A stretch of DNA of 61,717 nt, counting the filler, from Diploschistes diacapsis (lineage: Eukaryota): the NCBI GenBank assembly GCA_023645945.1. It is 6 parts of 6 records of this genome, joined end to end, with 100 filler letters (N's around TTAATTAATTAA, not from the genome) between each part and the next. Parts side by side here need not be neighbours in the genome. Positions count along the whole stretch, not along the records: positions 1 to 28,968 come from JALAIB010000139.1; 5 more parts are not named here. The stretch is one strand, 5' to 3'. A program made the position numbers and the translations under genes. Shown here piece by piece: positions 13,701 through 26,615 of this stretch. The notes beneath the pieces are model-generated. The model was not told where the DNA came from. It ran no database searches and saw nothing but the letters and a program-made list of their open reading frames with translations. The first letter of the stretch is position 1, and every line of letters begins with the position of its first letter.

Positions 13701-14404
13701 ATGAGGCCACGACAAGTCTTGATATCTGTCTGCGTATCCTGCGCAGCTACTGCTGTCTTATCGCGACCCATCCTCCCCTCCTACCTTATATCTCAAGTCT
13801 CTGCCCTACAAAACATTTGGGAACGACCCTTCCTTCCGCTGCCTGGCACATCCTCTGGCAACGAAATGCCCTCAGACGAATCCTCTCCGGACTCGGACCT
13901 TATAATATCCGATGTTATCGCGCGAGAGCGGAGCATCAACGTGTTCGCTGGCTTCACTCGGGACGTTGATCCTGTTTCTGGCCGGTTGGATGATCTGTCC
14001 AAGAACAGCACCATCCTCGCCCCACTGAACAGCGCTATTCAAAAGATGGACCACAAGCCTTGGGAAGATTCCAGAGAGTACTCGGCATTTGGTAGTGATG
14101 CTTACGCCAAGGGCGATGGGGAAGAGAGAGCACACAAGAACCTTGGTAGATTCGTTCAGGCGCATGTAGTGCCAGCGAGCCCGTGGAAGGAGGGTGAGAA
14201 GGTAGAGACGTTGGCCGGAACAAAACTCTGGTGGGAGAAAAAGGGCGAAAGCAAAGTGGTACGTTTCGACACGGGATAAGTTACTTAAGAAAAGTGCTGA
14301 AGATAATGCAGATCCAGCCTGGCAATATCCCTGTCACGAGCGTTGCCTCCAAGGTTGCTAACGGAGAAATCTGGATCATTAAAGGGGTCTTGAACGACGC
14401 ATGA
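13701..14404 (+). CDS. Secreted fasciclin (FAS1) domain protein; one intron about 14259-14311
   Basis: Hydrophobic signal-like N-terminus, STILAPLNSAI (FAS1 H1-like) and C-terminal VANGEIWIIKGVLN (H2-like). Confidence 0.8.
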
Positions 14405-15480
14405 AGCTGAGAGCAGTTGGGCATTTTTCGGAGTTATTTTGGTGTGCTCATTACGATGGCTTATCATACGACGAATTCCTTATTTTATGAACTCGCTTCT
14501 GTTCGTTCTTTGCGTCCATGTCTATCGAATCTCTAGCATTGTACCTAGTGAGCAGCAGCATGCTTCGGTTTGATTCCCGGCACCCTTCAAGCTAGCCCCT
14601 TTCTGTTATGGCAAATATCTTTAGCCTGTTATTACTCAAAATGCATGTAACGTTCAAATCGAATTCAATTTTTGAGATTGCACGATTGACATACTTTCAA
14701 CGTGACGGCTAGTCTTCATTTTCAACTGACATTCTTGTCTTCAATTGCACAATGTCTGTTTTGGTACTAAACTAGCCTGCAGAGTTGTTTCCCTGGTCCA
14801 CACATTAAAGGTATCCAAAACTGCTGCGCAATAAAGGCTAGAACTGTTCATCAGATATGAAGAAGTTGAAGTAGCCGAGATAGGTTAACAAGGTCACTCC
14901 GTATAATAACAACGGGGGAAAGATCTCCAATGCATTCATGGCAATCAAAGATGGATTGGGCACTCTCCAACTCTACATGGCATTTTCATTGAATGATGAT
15001 GAAAATCCAATCCATGGATGCTTCGTGCTTGTCTCCTCGTGCTCCTAATCGAAATCTAAAAGCCGATATAACAATAGACTTAAATCCGGGCTCTGATGAC
15101 CAGATACAGTTTAGTTTAGCCAGGCCCGGAATGGCGTAGTAGACCCCCGTCACGCTAACCAGTCGGTATGCCGTAGTGTTCCTCCTACTTTCACTCCATG
15201 TTCTACTTTTAGTACTCTTTCCCTACTAGAAGCGCCAGCATCGTTCATTACGCGCAACCGTCGTCCTGTCTATCAGTTTTGCTGTTTGTATAACATGTAC
15301 CAATAGCGAATCCTATAGTGGAGCGGCTTGTCAATCAAGCAAGGAGCCAAGGCGCATCTTCCGACCGCAGCTACAAGCTTTGTTCTCCTCGTGGAAGCCG
15401 TTGCCAAGTTGCACAGTCTCTTTATCAAAGTCTTGCGCCAAAAGTAAAGCTCGACGCCAAATGTAGAGTTGCCGACCACC

Positions 15481-18400
15481 ATGGAACCCCAGTCAAATCC
15501 AAATTGGCGAGCCCCTGCCGGTCCTCCTGGCCCTCCCTCCAACATGGAGCAGCATTCGCAAATTCAGCAGCGCAATAGCGGAGGGTATAAGTGAGTAAAT
15601 AGATTGAAGCGTTTCTTGACTTAGAAAAGGCTTGGACATGTCTAGCTTGAACTGCAGCAGCTGACTCTTACCAGCTCCAACTCTGCCCACCAAGGACAAC
15701 TTCCGATGCAGATGCCAGGATCTGTCTCGTTACCGCCGCCCCCTCAAGGTAAGCTCTGTCTCTGCTCTGAAGATCCCTGGCTCAGTTCAAAGCTCATGCC
15801 TCTTCTCTAGGTGCCTTCTTCAAGTCTCAGTCGAACGCCAATTCACTCCCTTCGCTCGCCGGGCTCACACAGTCATCTCCCCCACAAGTCGCTCCTCTTC
15901 CTCAGCCACAACATAAAGGACAGACACCACCAGCCCTCCATCATCAACAACAATCACTGCCGCCCCAAGGTGCCCAGCAAGGGCCGTCCTTTCCACTGCC
16001 CACACTGGCGCAGTCTATGTCGCAAGGCCCCGTCGATCTTCAGAGAGAGTGCCACGAGGCGGAGATGCGAGAAATAGAAGAGCGTACGCGAATGCAGGAC
16101 CACGGGATGCGGGAACAGCGGCGGGTCCTTGAGCATCAGCGCTCGCCTCCTGATACTCATATAGGATCCCTACCGTTGCAAGAGCGTGCCCGAATGCAGG
16201 ATCACGAGATGAGGGAACAGCGGCGGGCCCTGGAGCATCGGCGGTCGAGCCCAGACGCTCATATAGGATCCATACCGTTGCAACAGCCCACGGCATCTCG
16301 CATACCGCAAGGTCTCCATGGGCCAAATGGATTGCTCGCTGTCGACCCAAGTACAGGTCTTAGTGGCGCTCTAGGCGCACCCAGCGGCCCAGGAAATGTC
16401 TTTGCAACTAGCTCTTCTGCTCATGACGGTGTTGGGGGTGGTTTCCTCCAGCCGGGACCGACGCCTCCGCAGCATCTGTCAGCTCTCAATAGCGCTGTGC
16501 AGCCTCCTCAGCCCATTGCGAACGGCGGACCTGGTATGAACCAGGGTCAGCAACCCATCCTTAACGACGCCCTAACCTATCTGGATCAAGTAAAGGTCCG
16601 GTTCCAAGATCAGCCGGAAGTTTACAATAAATTTCTAGACATTATGAAAGATTTCAAAAGCCAAGCTATTGATACGCCGGGTGTTATTGAACGCGTCTCC
16701 ACGTTGTTTCACGGACACCCCCAACTTATTCAAGGATTCAATACATTTCTGCCCCCAGGATACAAAATTGAGGCCGGTTATGACAATGATCCGAACAGTA
16801 TCAGAGTAACCACACCATCTGGCTCAAGTCTACAAAACACGGGCCTTCGTAATTTCCCCCTACAAATCGGCGGAAGACAGATTGGCGGCATGGTTGAAAA
16901 TACTAGATTGTCCCCGCATCAGATACCTGCCGAAGCTGGCTATCAGTTTCTTGACGGTCCCTTGGAGCGCGCCTTTCATCGAGACAGACCTGCGGATGTC
17001 CCCTTTAGTCCAAGCTCTCATGCTATACCAGGGCCCCTTCTGTACGCGCAACAACATATGGCTCGTCAATCACGACCCGCTTATGGTGCGAGGGACGAGG
17101 AAATGAGCTCTATTGAAGCGGCTGCAATGCACCAGCAAGAACAGAGGGGCGTGTCGCAGCTTCAAAATGCAGCACATGTCGCCGACAACCAGGCAGTTGC
17201 GTTGACATCGCAGGACCAGTTGCCGGATTCTCAACTTGCAAGCATCAATCAAGGTGGCGCTGGAGTCAACGGCGGTACCCTGGGTGTTCCTCTGGAGTTA
17301 CAGTCCGGGTCGCAATCCGCGGCGGAAAAGCGTGGACACATTGAGTTTAACCATGCAATAAGCTACGTTAACAAAATCAAGGTTAGTGGGTTGTTAGTGT
17401 TGTTTGTCTTTCTTGAATTCAATAGCATTGAAATGTTGAATGAAGATAGTAGCCGAAACTACAATAGCTTGGGGAAAGTGCGACTAACATTTTTCCCAGA
17501 ATCGCTTCGCAACACAACCTGAAATATACAAGCAATTTCTCGAGATTCTTCAAACTTATCAACGCGAATCGCCACGACCGATCCAAGACGTCTATGCTCA
17601 AGTCACTCAGCTTTTTAATTCAGCCCCGGATCTTCTTGAAGATTTCAAACAGTTCCTACCTGATCCCGCTGCACAAGCCAAAGCTCAAGCCGGTGGTTCT
17701 AGGATGACTGAAGAAGCTGCTCTTAGCAACGTTCGAGGAGGTGAGGACTACGTTAGAAACATGCCTGGCATGACACAAACACCAAAGGCTGACAAGATGC
17801 CACCAATCGGGCATTTCGGGCCTACTTCTGTCACCAAAGACAGCAAGAAGCGACGAGGAGGTCCGGGTACTTCTGCAACAGCTGGTTCGAGCGCTGCTCA
17901 AGATGCCTCTGCATCCAAGGCTACGAATTTGCAAGGCGGAAATCCTGCAAAGGTGGGCTGTTTTAAAACTTCTAAGGGAAACAATAAGCTAATCACTTCA
18001 CAGCGGCCCAAGATCAGTGTCGCAAAAACTTCAAACGTTGACATTCTGACGCCCTCGCCTTCACTCGTACCCGACCTTCCACATCCGATACCCCCATCGG
18101 CTTCAAAGGGTCCTCCTGATGCCAATGCTGTCGTTGAGCGCATTAAAAAATATCTGGGTAACAAGCAAGCTTGGCTTGAGTACTTGAAGCTGATGCAGAT
18201 GTTCACCAGCCATATCATTGATAAGCAGACCATGATTGCCAAAGTCGATGATGGATTTATCGGCCACAATGCTGATTTGTCGAGCGCCTTCAAGAAGGCG
18301 ATGGAATACGATCCCAACGACATCATCATTGCAAATATGCCAGCTCCAAGCGACAGCAAAGTGGTTCTATCTAATTGCCGAGCGCTTGGTCCTAGTTATC

Positions 18401-20713
18401 GCATGTTGCCGAAGAGGGAGACTTTCATCAAATGTTCTGGTCGTGACGAGATGTGCTATCAGGTCCTCAATGATGAATGGGCTTCCCACCCAACCTGGGC
18501 CTCTGAAGACGCTGGCTTTATCTCCCACAAGAAGAACACTTATGAGGAGGCATTGTACCGTATGGAAGAAGAACGTCATGACTACGACTTCAACATTGAG
18601 ACTGCTATGAGAACCATCCAGTTGCTCGAGCCCCTGGTACAGCAGATGATGCTTCTTGAGCCCGAAGAACGCAAGCTGTTCAAGCTTCCCAAGGGCTTGG
18701 GAGGCCAGAGTGAGGCTATCTGGCAGCGTGTCATCAAGAAGCTCTACGATCGGCCCATGGGTTGCCGTATCATTGAAGATATGTACAACAAGCCAACCAA
18801 GCTTTGTCAGGTCGTTCTTCTCAGGCTAAAGGAGAAGGTCGAGAAGTGGAAGCAGGCACAGCGCGAATGGGAGAAGGTATGGCGTGATCAAACCCACCGG
18901 CAGTTCTGGAAAAGCCTCGATCATCAAGGGATCAACGCAAAGACGGAGAACAAAAAATACTTTCAGCCAAAAGCTCTGCACAGCGACATTTTTGCCAAGT
19001 ATGAAGAACAGAGGCGCCAAAGGCAGCTTAAGCCTGCAAACCAGGTATCATACTATCAGCTTGCTTTCGCTTTTACCGATGTCGAAGTCATCTATGACTG
19101 CTGTCATATGCTTCTGACCTATCTCCGCACCTCATACGTTCACGCCGACTCTGCCAAAGTGGAAAAGTTCATCAAGGACTTCATTCCAACTTTCTTCGGC
19201 CTCGACAAGGAGACTTTTGCAGCTCGCATGATGGACGTCTATAGCGACACCCCCCCGAACGAAGAATATGAAGAATCCAACGCTAATGACGAGACTCCAT
19301 CGCATAGAGGTCGGCGTATGGCGAATGGCAAGCAAAATCTTCTCCGAGGTGTTCTCGATCCGAGCAAACAAGGAAAAAAAGACTCGAGGATGAACAGCAA
19401 AGAGTCTACACCGGATGTCATGTTCACCGACGATGACTCCGGAACCCCTACCGAATCGCTCTCTGACCAAGCACCCCGCCTCGAGCCGTCTGAGAGCAGA
19501 TGGATGGAACACCCACGGGAGCGCCAAAGCAACAAGCTGAACGAACCATTTGCGAGAACTTCGTACAGTCTGTACGCTAATCTGAACATTTATTGCTTCA
19601 TGAGGCTATTTGCTATGTTTTACGAACGTCTCGCGAACCTCAAAGCTCACGAAGACTCCGTGAGGGAAGATGTGCGCAGAGCGATGCAATTCAAGCCGGC
19701 CATGGAACTTAGGATTGCCGATCGCAGTCCTACAGAGTTCTTCGACGACGTCTCACCGTCAGCAAACTACTATCGTCAGGTCCTCAAACTATTCGAATCA
19801 TCACTGGAGAGCAGCAGCGACATGGCCAAGATTGAGGAGACACTGCGAAGATTCTATATACCGTGCGGTTATCAGCTGTATAGCTTCGACAAGTGGCTCA
19901 GCAACATCCTCAAATTCGCGGGCCAAGGGGTTGTGAACGATGCTAAGGATCGCAGTAATGATATTATGAATTTGTTCATGAGCAACAGGAAAGAAAGCCT
20001 GACGACACACCAGACAGAGATCGACTACCGCAAGCAAGTTGAGAAGCTGGCGAAAGATGGCGATGTTTACCGCATAGTTTACGTAAGTCAAAATTGTTCA
20101 TCTCAATATTCGAACGCTGACCCCTTATCAGCATCAAAGCCCCCAGCAGGTTACCATGCAGATTTTCCGCAAGGATGATCAAACCTTCGATACAGACGGC
20201 AAGTCCGGCGACTTCAATTGGTCTTACTATGTAACGGCGTACATCATGTACGAGTGGACCGAAGGCGTCCCATACAACATCACCTGGCCTTTTCTCCGCC
20301 GCAACATTCCGCGCAACAACCTCAAGACGGAGGAAGACTTCAACAAGAAATACCTCCCATTCGCCGGCGAAGAAGCTCTTGAGGTCCGCATCTCTCCCAA
20401 CAGCTACCGCCTGATGTACGAGATCGGTACCAGGGAATGGTGGTTGCAGGCCAAGAAGGTCCGCGCCCGTGGTCTGAAGAGCATGCCTGCTTTAGGGAAT
20501 GAGCGTAGGCACAAGTTCGAGGATAAATTCGTCAGGAATCCCAAGTGGATGGCGAACGCCAGTTCTGAAGAGGTAGAGAAGACACTGGCGGAGTGGAGCA
20601 AGTTTGCACACACAGAGGTCGAGAACGAAGGTGGTATGGGTGCCACGGCGACTACTGCGGCTGCTGTTGACGGGCCGGTAGACAAGGAAGATGAAGAGAT
20701 GGTCGGTGCTTGA
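15481..20713 (+). CDS. SIN3: Sin3 transcriptional corepressor (PAH domains + HDAC-interaction domain); introns 15591-15674, 15749-15810, about 17382-17499, 17953-18003, 20083-20130
   Basis: PAH1 [13 protein letters not shown]...[12 protein letters not shown]2 [25 protein letters not shown]...[23 protein letters not shown] lies in a strong ACCATGG context. Confidence 0.93.
16078..16281 (+). repeat. 102-bp in-frame tandem duplication within SIN3
   Basis: Two diverged copies starting at 16078 and 16180 encode ERxRMQDHxMREQRRxLEHxRSxPDxHIGSxPLQ. Confidence 0.9.
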
Positions 20714-21452
20714 TTTGAAGCTACGTTCATGACCGCATGGGACTCGGCGCACGCTAGGGGGGGGGGAAAGACGTTGGGTATACCGCTACAGGCTTTTGAC
20801 AGCGTTATACTTCGCCACGTTTACAGACAGAGTAGCACATGGAAGGTTTTTGGCATGCAACAAGCAGCGATTGCCAGTGTATACATACATTAGTGCTTGA
20901 GCACATTTGGTTGATAGGGTGTGCCGGGTAGATACAGTTGCTCTGGGAGCAGAGATTATACCACGTTTGTATTGATCTGCACCAATTTATACGTTCGCCT
21001 CCTCGACTATATGTACTCTGCCCCGCCCACTTCCACTTCGATGCCGAAGCAATTCCATCTCGATATATACACCAATCTCGCAACCACTACATCGTTAGTT
21101 ACAGACAAGCAGTGAGGAAACCCCCCTCCCGTCAGACTCCCGAGTCATCTTGAAGTCCCAACCGCAGCTAGGGCTTCATAATCAAACTGGACTGGACTCA
21201 TGCAGCCCCCCGTTGGCGAACAGGTAGGAAGCAATATAGCGAGGCCCATCTAGTCGCAGCCAAATGTTGGCTAGGCTGTTGTGGCCGAGAAAATATTTCC
21301 CCATGGGCTTGACAATGCGTAGAACCAGTGCTCTACTATTCGCTCCAATCCCAATCCTCAAAGCTCGGTAGACGGAAGAAGGGAGGCTCGCAACGGGCTT
21401 GCCATTTGTCGATCAAAAAGCGGATCCGTGCCTTCATTGCTCGTGCTATGCT

Positions 21453-22811
21453 TCAAACCGCCATAGCCGGCAAGCCGCCAACGCCCCTCTGAGCCAACGG
21501 GTTCGGCCCCTCGTCCCTGTTCTTCGGCTTCGGCTTCGGCTTCGGCTTCGCCACGTGTTTCCCAGCCGCCATCGCGCTCTTGTTCTCCCTCCTCGCCTTC
21601 TCGACGCCCTTGCTCCTCCTCTCCATCGCCGCCAGCCTCTCCTTCAGCCCCATCCTCTCGTCCACCTCCTCCGCCAGAGCCCCCATCTCCTCCGTCAGCC
21701 CCATGTACTCCACCGCCTGCCCGTAGCTCTTCGCGCCGTGACACTTCCGCCCGGCCTCCGCCTTCCCGGGTATCAGCTGCGCAAGCGTGAACTTGGTGTT
21801 CCCCCACCTATTCTCCGTCGCCAGCGCAAGCCGCATGTACTCCGCCGCCACCTCCTCCCAGCCGGCCACGCCCCCCTCCTCGACGGGGCGGAAAACGCTC
21901 GGATTCGCCTCCGCCGCCGTCGCGATCATGGCCCCGTCCACCCCAAACTCCGCCGCCAGCCGCTCCCCTTCCTCCCGCGACCCGACGTCGCCGTTGACCA
22001 GGCAGGCCACGCCCGCGGCGCGGCAGATGTCGCCGATCATGGGCAGCTGCTCCCGGATGGCGCGCTCGCGCGGCCGCATCGCCGTGGTGCGGCAGTGCAC
22101 GGTCAGGCCCGTGATGCCCGTGGCGACCAGGCGCTGCACCAGGGCGCGCGTGCGGGCCGGCGTCTCCAGCAGCCGGATCTTCACGCTGATGCCGATGCCG
22201 TGCACGGCGCCGACGTGGGCGACGAGCGCGCGCAGGATGCTGCACAGCCGCTCCGGGTCCTGCAGCAGCGCGGCGCCCATGCCGCCGCTTGTCGAGAACG
22301 GCTTCGGGCAGCCCGAGTTCACGTCGATGCCCGCGACGTCGGGGGCGATCAGCTTGGCGGCTTGCACGGCCGTGGATGGCTGCGCGGTGCCGATCTGGCA
22401 GATCAGCTTTCCTCTTTCCTTTACCGGGTGCAGACGGTAGATTATGCTTTCTTTCGGCGGCTTGCCCGAGTCGTGGCCGTTGTTGTTGGAGGGGTAGCGT
22501 GTGAAGTCTATGGTGCCCGTCGCCGGGTTGTACCTGCGCGTCGTGCCGATGAGGGCCTTGTCGATGGTTTCGGGGCCCCAGACTAGGTCGGCGCCGTATT
22601 TGAGGGCGAGAAGGCGAGAAGGGAGTTCCCCGGAGCGGACCATGGGGGCGAGGACGATCTTTTTGCGGTAGTCAACGCCGTTTGGGGGGATGGGGACGAG
22701 CTTGGGGAGGCGGGATGGCGGTGAGGATGGTGGTGGTGTGGCGGTGGCCATGGTTGAGTGCTTGATGGGGGATGCTAGGAGGGTGCGGATAGTGGTGGTG
22801 AGTCTTTGCAT
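21453..22811 (-). CDS. DUS2: tRNA-dihydrouridine(20) synthase (Dus2/Smm1 family), intronless, very GC-rich
   Basis: LAPMVRSGELPSRLLALKYGADLVW, IDVNSGCPKPFSTSGGMGAALL, VHCRT, NGD. Confidence 0.9.
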   Translation of the reverse strand: MQRLTTTIRTLLASPIKHSTMATATPPPSSPPSRLPKLVPIPPNGVDYRKKIVLAPMVRSGELPSRLLALKYGADLVWGPETIDKALIGTTRRYNPATGTIDFTRYPSNNNGHDSGKPPKESIIYRLHPVKERGKLICQIGTAQPSTAVQAAKLIAPDVAGIDVNSGCPKPFSTSGGMGAALLQDPERLCSILRALVAHVGAVHGIGISVKIRLLETPARTRALVQRLVATGITGLTVHCRTTAMRPRERAIREQLPMIGDICRAAGVACLVNGDVGSREEGERLAAEFGVDGAMIATAAEANPSVFRPVEEGGVAGWEEVAAEYMRLALATENRWGNTKFTLAQLIPGKAEAGRKCHGAKSYGQAVEYMGLTEEMGALAEEVDERMGLKERLAAMERRSKGVEKARRENKSAMAAGKHVAKPKPKPKPKNRDEGPNPLAQRGVGGLPAMAV

Positions 22812-23654
22812 GGGCGTGGAGCCATCAAGGTCGGGTGTGAGGAGTCATTAGAAGATGGAGATGGGGAGATGTTGAAGCCTGGGCAAGCATAACTTGATTA
22901 TGCGGAATGCATAAATTATGCATTTTATTCAACTTCTTTTCTAGCCTACGTTTAGATACATCTATGTACCTTCTTTGAAAGACCTTTAACGTGCCAGCGC
23001 ATTGGACAAACACAACACCGTGTCTAGCACTGACTGTATCATTATGGCTGTTTTCAGATAGCTTCCAAACAGAAAGATTGCCGGAAGTGCCCTTGATAAC
23101 TAGTTATAGAGTATTATAACCGAAGGACTATTAATAAAAGACTTCATTCATGGCGTCAATCAACCGCCTCATCGGCTTCCCCTATTAGTCCGTGGATATG
23201 AGACGGCAGCCACGCCCTAACTAGAGTTTACGGGCATCCGTTTCAACCAGGACCACCACCACCAGCTTCCGGATAGCCTTTATGTATCATGTATCTGGCG
23301 ACACACATGACGAATTCCCCACCCTTGACTGCTGTATAGATATCTGGCCGAAGCTGTCAATGCCACGGTGACCTTGTTGTCATTCAGTATCCTTGGAACA
23401 TCGAGCATAAGTTACCCCCGCTTCCGTGTAACAATGCCAGCTATGCTATTTTAAACCATGTTCTTGTTGGTCCACTGGTCTGGAGGAGGAGGCTGCGCTT
23501 TGAACAATTTCCAATGTTTGACGTGTTCCATGTGCAGTGAGCCGAGATCAGAGCATGCTGAATAGTCAGTGGGTATGGATAAGAGACCGAAGGGCTTACC
23601 ACGCCTCTTTCACTGTGAGTTGGATGAAGACCATCTCCTGTTCCCCATCGCTTG

Positions 23655-23708
23655 CCAGCTTCCAGCTTCCAGCTTCCAGCATTCAGCATTCAGCATTCAG
23701 CATTCAGC
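23655..23708 (+). repeat. Compound heptanucleotide microsatellite (CCAGCTT)3 then (CAGCATT)4
   Basis: Read directly from the sequence. Confidence 0.9.
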
Positions 23709-24020
23709 AGCTGTATGCAATATGCCAATATCTGAAAGTACCCCGCGTCTTTTCTCGTTTTTCTCCAAAGAGTTTGGCGAATCATAGTTGGAATTTGACT
23801 GGATGGGAATAGAAGGCAAACCACCTATTCAGATAACACACATGCGGAGTCCGCTGTCATCGACGATTTCAGTTACGTCAGGCTTCAATTGGGACTCCTA
23901 TAATATATCCTCTCACCTTCACTTGTTCTCAAGGACTCATACACAACTTAGAATTACGCTTGGCTAGTAATCTTCTATTGAATCAAATATAGACGGCTTT
24001 TAGTTGATTTTGCTATATCC

Positions 24021-24284
24021 ATGATGAAGATCCTCTCGGGCTTACCCTTCGTCACTATAATGATTTTCGGTGCATTTACTGGCCAAGCTACTGCTGGGCC
24101 TATTGCCTACGGTATATGCCAGGCAGGTTGTGCTGGCGTTGTCATGGCGTGCTATGCCGCGGCGGGAGCAACATGGGGCGCAACTGCTGGTGCGACTGCG
24201 CCAGCATCCATTGTCGCTTGCAACACTGCTTTCGGCTCGTGTCAGGCGGCTTGCGCGGCAATAGCACTGGCACCAACGCCGTAA
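24021..24284 (+). CDS. Small secreted 6-Cys, Ala/Gly-rich protein (resembles the 'zygote-specific class V'-like family)
   Basis: Signal peptide ending ATA|GP, then YGICQAGC...CY...ACNTAFGSCQAAC. TATA-like element near 23898. Confidence 0.8.
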   Translation: MMKILSGLPFVTIMIFGAFTGQATAGPIAYGICQAGCAGVVMACYAAAGATWGATAGATAPASIVACNTAFGSCQAACAAIALAPTP

Positions 24285-25099
24285 CCTGTCGAGGCTCTTG
24301 TCGAGAGAAGAACCAGATGTACGCTATCTTATTCTATTGAGACATTACATTAATGATGTTGTTAGTTGGACCGGCTCCCAGCGAAATGAAGAGAACATTC
24401 TTCAACGTGTAACAACTGTGCCTCTGCTTTGCGGTGCCTCTGCTTTGCGATTAGTTCGTCCGGTCTCCTTCCTAAATTTGAAGGAACCTCAGCTATGAAG
24501 TTTGCAAGGAGTTCAGCCTGGACTTCTCTTTCCAGTTCTCCGACGGTTGCCTTATACAGCATGAAATAGGGCCGATTTCAGGTACATTGCATTCAAAACA
24601 CACACCAACATTGTTTTTCCTGGATTGATGAGAACAATATTATATTGCTTGTTGAAAAAATCGGCCACGTGGATGAAATATGCGCAACAGGAGAGCCAGC
24701 TAAAAATCCTGTCGCTACTCTACGGTCAAACTGTCGTTAAGGAACTACATTGCCTTTCCCACATGCTGCTGTTGGTAGTATATAGCTACTATTCCCGAGC
24801 GAATTTAAAGCGAAGGAAACTACCGTGCAAAAATGAAACAACAATATCAGGTTGTAACACCGTTTCAGGGACCATGTCTATTCTCGAGAATACATGCTCG
24901 CAACTTCTCTAGTCTCCGCCCTCCAACGGGCCTAGACGGTCTTGCACGATACTTACTAATGTGTCGTCGGAATCTCAGATATTGAAAATGCTAGGCCAGT
25001 ATAAATACGTACATCTCGAACTAATATCGGTCTGATATACCCAGCGGATTTGGAGAGGAGTGGCTTGGCTTCGATTATGTTCAATCCCTCGTAGTGCAA

Positions 25100-26615
25100 G
25101 CGGAGTCAAACAAAGCAAGTAGAAGCTTTTCGACTGAGATTGGCAGACGTGTCTGATGAAACTATCACTTGAGCATGGCTCTTTCTCGGCCGATCCTTTT
25201 GAAGTCTGGCTGAAGCTAGAACTCTGTAACTAAACATGAAATGTTTACTGCCAAGCCTTCGGGTTCTGGGCTTTTATCTCTGTAAGCATAACTAGGTTCA
25301 ATGAATGATCGCTAATGAACAACCCATTAAAGCATCCACCTAACGCAGCCATTCACCAACAGTACTGGTGCCCTTTTAAGCATATTGCCAAAGTCTGTTG
25401 GTGTTTCTACAACACTACCGATAACACATGGAGAAATGAATCTGCGACGGGTTACGGTGCCCGCACTCAACAGCCGGATACACCCGCTACCATCCTACGA
25501 CTCGTCTGGTTTACTGGCACTGATAGGAGGCGAGTATTCAGGTCTAGGTTTCTGTTATGAACGGTGGGGGAACAATTGGGTCCATTTTCGCGAGTGCTTC
25601 TCTGGACGACAAAGCCAGCAAGTCCTGGTATCAGCAAACCGCAACCGGCGCTACGGGTATTCTACTGATGATGTCCCGATGTCCACAGTCATGTTCTTCA
25701 GCGTTGTGGTGAGCGCTACAGGGAGCGATTCCGTTGAAAATTTTATCTACGGTGGTCACAATGGCAGTTGGATTGAGACCGTGCCCGAACCTGATCCAAG
25801 CAGTAGCGATGACGAGGCGCAGGCAGCCTTTGATCCGGTCTGAGTGCTTTGTATTCCAGGTTTCGTGCTGCTCAAGTCGAACGATACCAGCCGCTCAGGC
25901 AAGGTCAGGACATATTTGCGAGCGAATCGGTAATAGACAGATGATCAGCATTGGCGGTCTGAACCCAACGCTACCATGGACTGAAGTTACCGTTCAGCCA
26001 GATCCTTGGAATCAATAGCTGGGTGTGTTTGATATGGTGAATTTGACCTGAACAAGAAATCACGAGCCCAACGCCGGTCCTTACACGGTTCCTGAAGCAG
26101 TACGGCAATGGTACGCTAATCCGTAAGTCTAGTCTTAATTTCAATGTGGTCTTGTTCATGACTCGAGATCACTGATGTTGGGCTGACCAATCTCTACAAA
26201 ACCTCGAATTCTTCGGTCATTTGGACCTCTCAGAACCTGAAAGCAGTCTTTTCTCCTTCTAACGCTTCACTTGTTAACTCCAGCTCCGGGTCCTCTAGCT
26301 CGTCCCTCTCTTCTTCCAACTCCATTTCCGTGCCTACCTTGGTAGGAGCCGTTATCGGTAGCGTTGTTAGACCTATTCCACTAGTGATGACTGTCTTCTG
26401 TATCTAACGTCACCGAAGACATTGGTCTCTGTCGTCAGAACAAATATGGATGGAGCTAGGAACCGAAGGAAAGAGGATGCCGTATGACGACCCAGGACTG
26501 GGCGCTATCATGGCACCATCGGTTGAGTTAAGCCCTGGGAGGATAAGATTTGCTGAACGAGCTTCGAGCGCGGGAGTAGTAGATGTAGGAGTGCATGAGC
26601 TTCCTAAGAGCTTCC
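25100..26615 (+). pseudogene. Decayed kelch-repeat single-pass membrane/cell-wall-anchored protein
   Basis: Motifs in shifting frames: YNTTDNTWRNES, SWYQQTATG, FIYGG, V*VLCIPGFV, RQMISIGG, PWNQ*LGVFDM, a Ser-rich linker and TM VGAVIGSVV followed by RHRR. Stops at 25841, 26016, 26049 and 26405. 5' limit approximate. Confidence 0.75.

Noticed and set aside
21358..22586. Long antisense/alternate-frame ORFs over DUS2 (similar ones over UBA3, the fumarate reductase and UBE2W)
   Set aside because: Shadow ORFs expected in high-GC coding DNA; no recognisable motifs.
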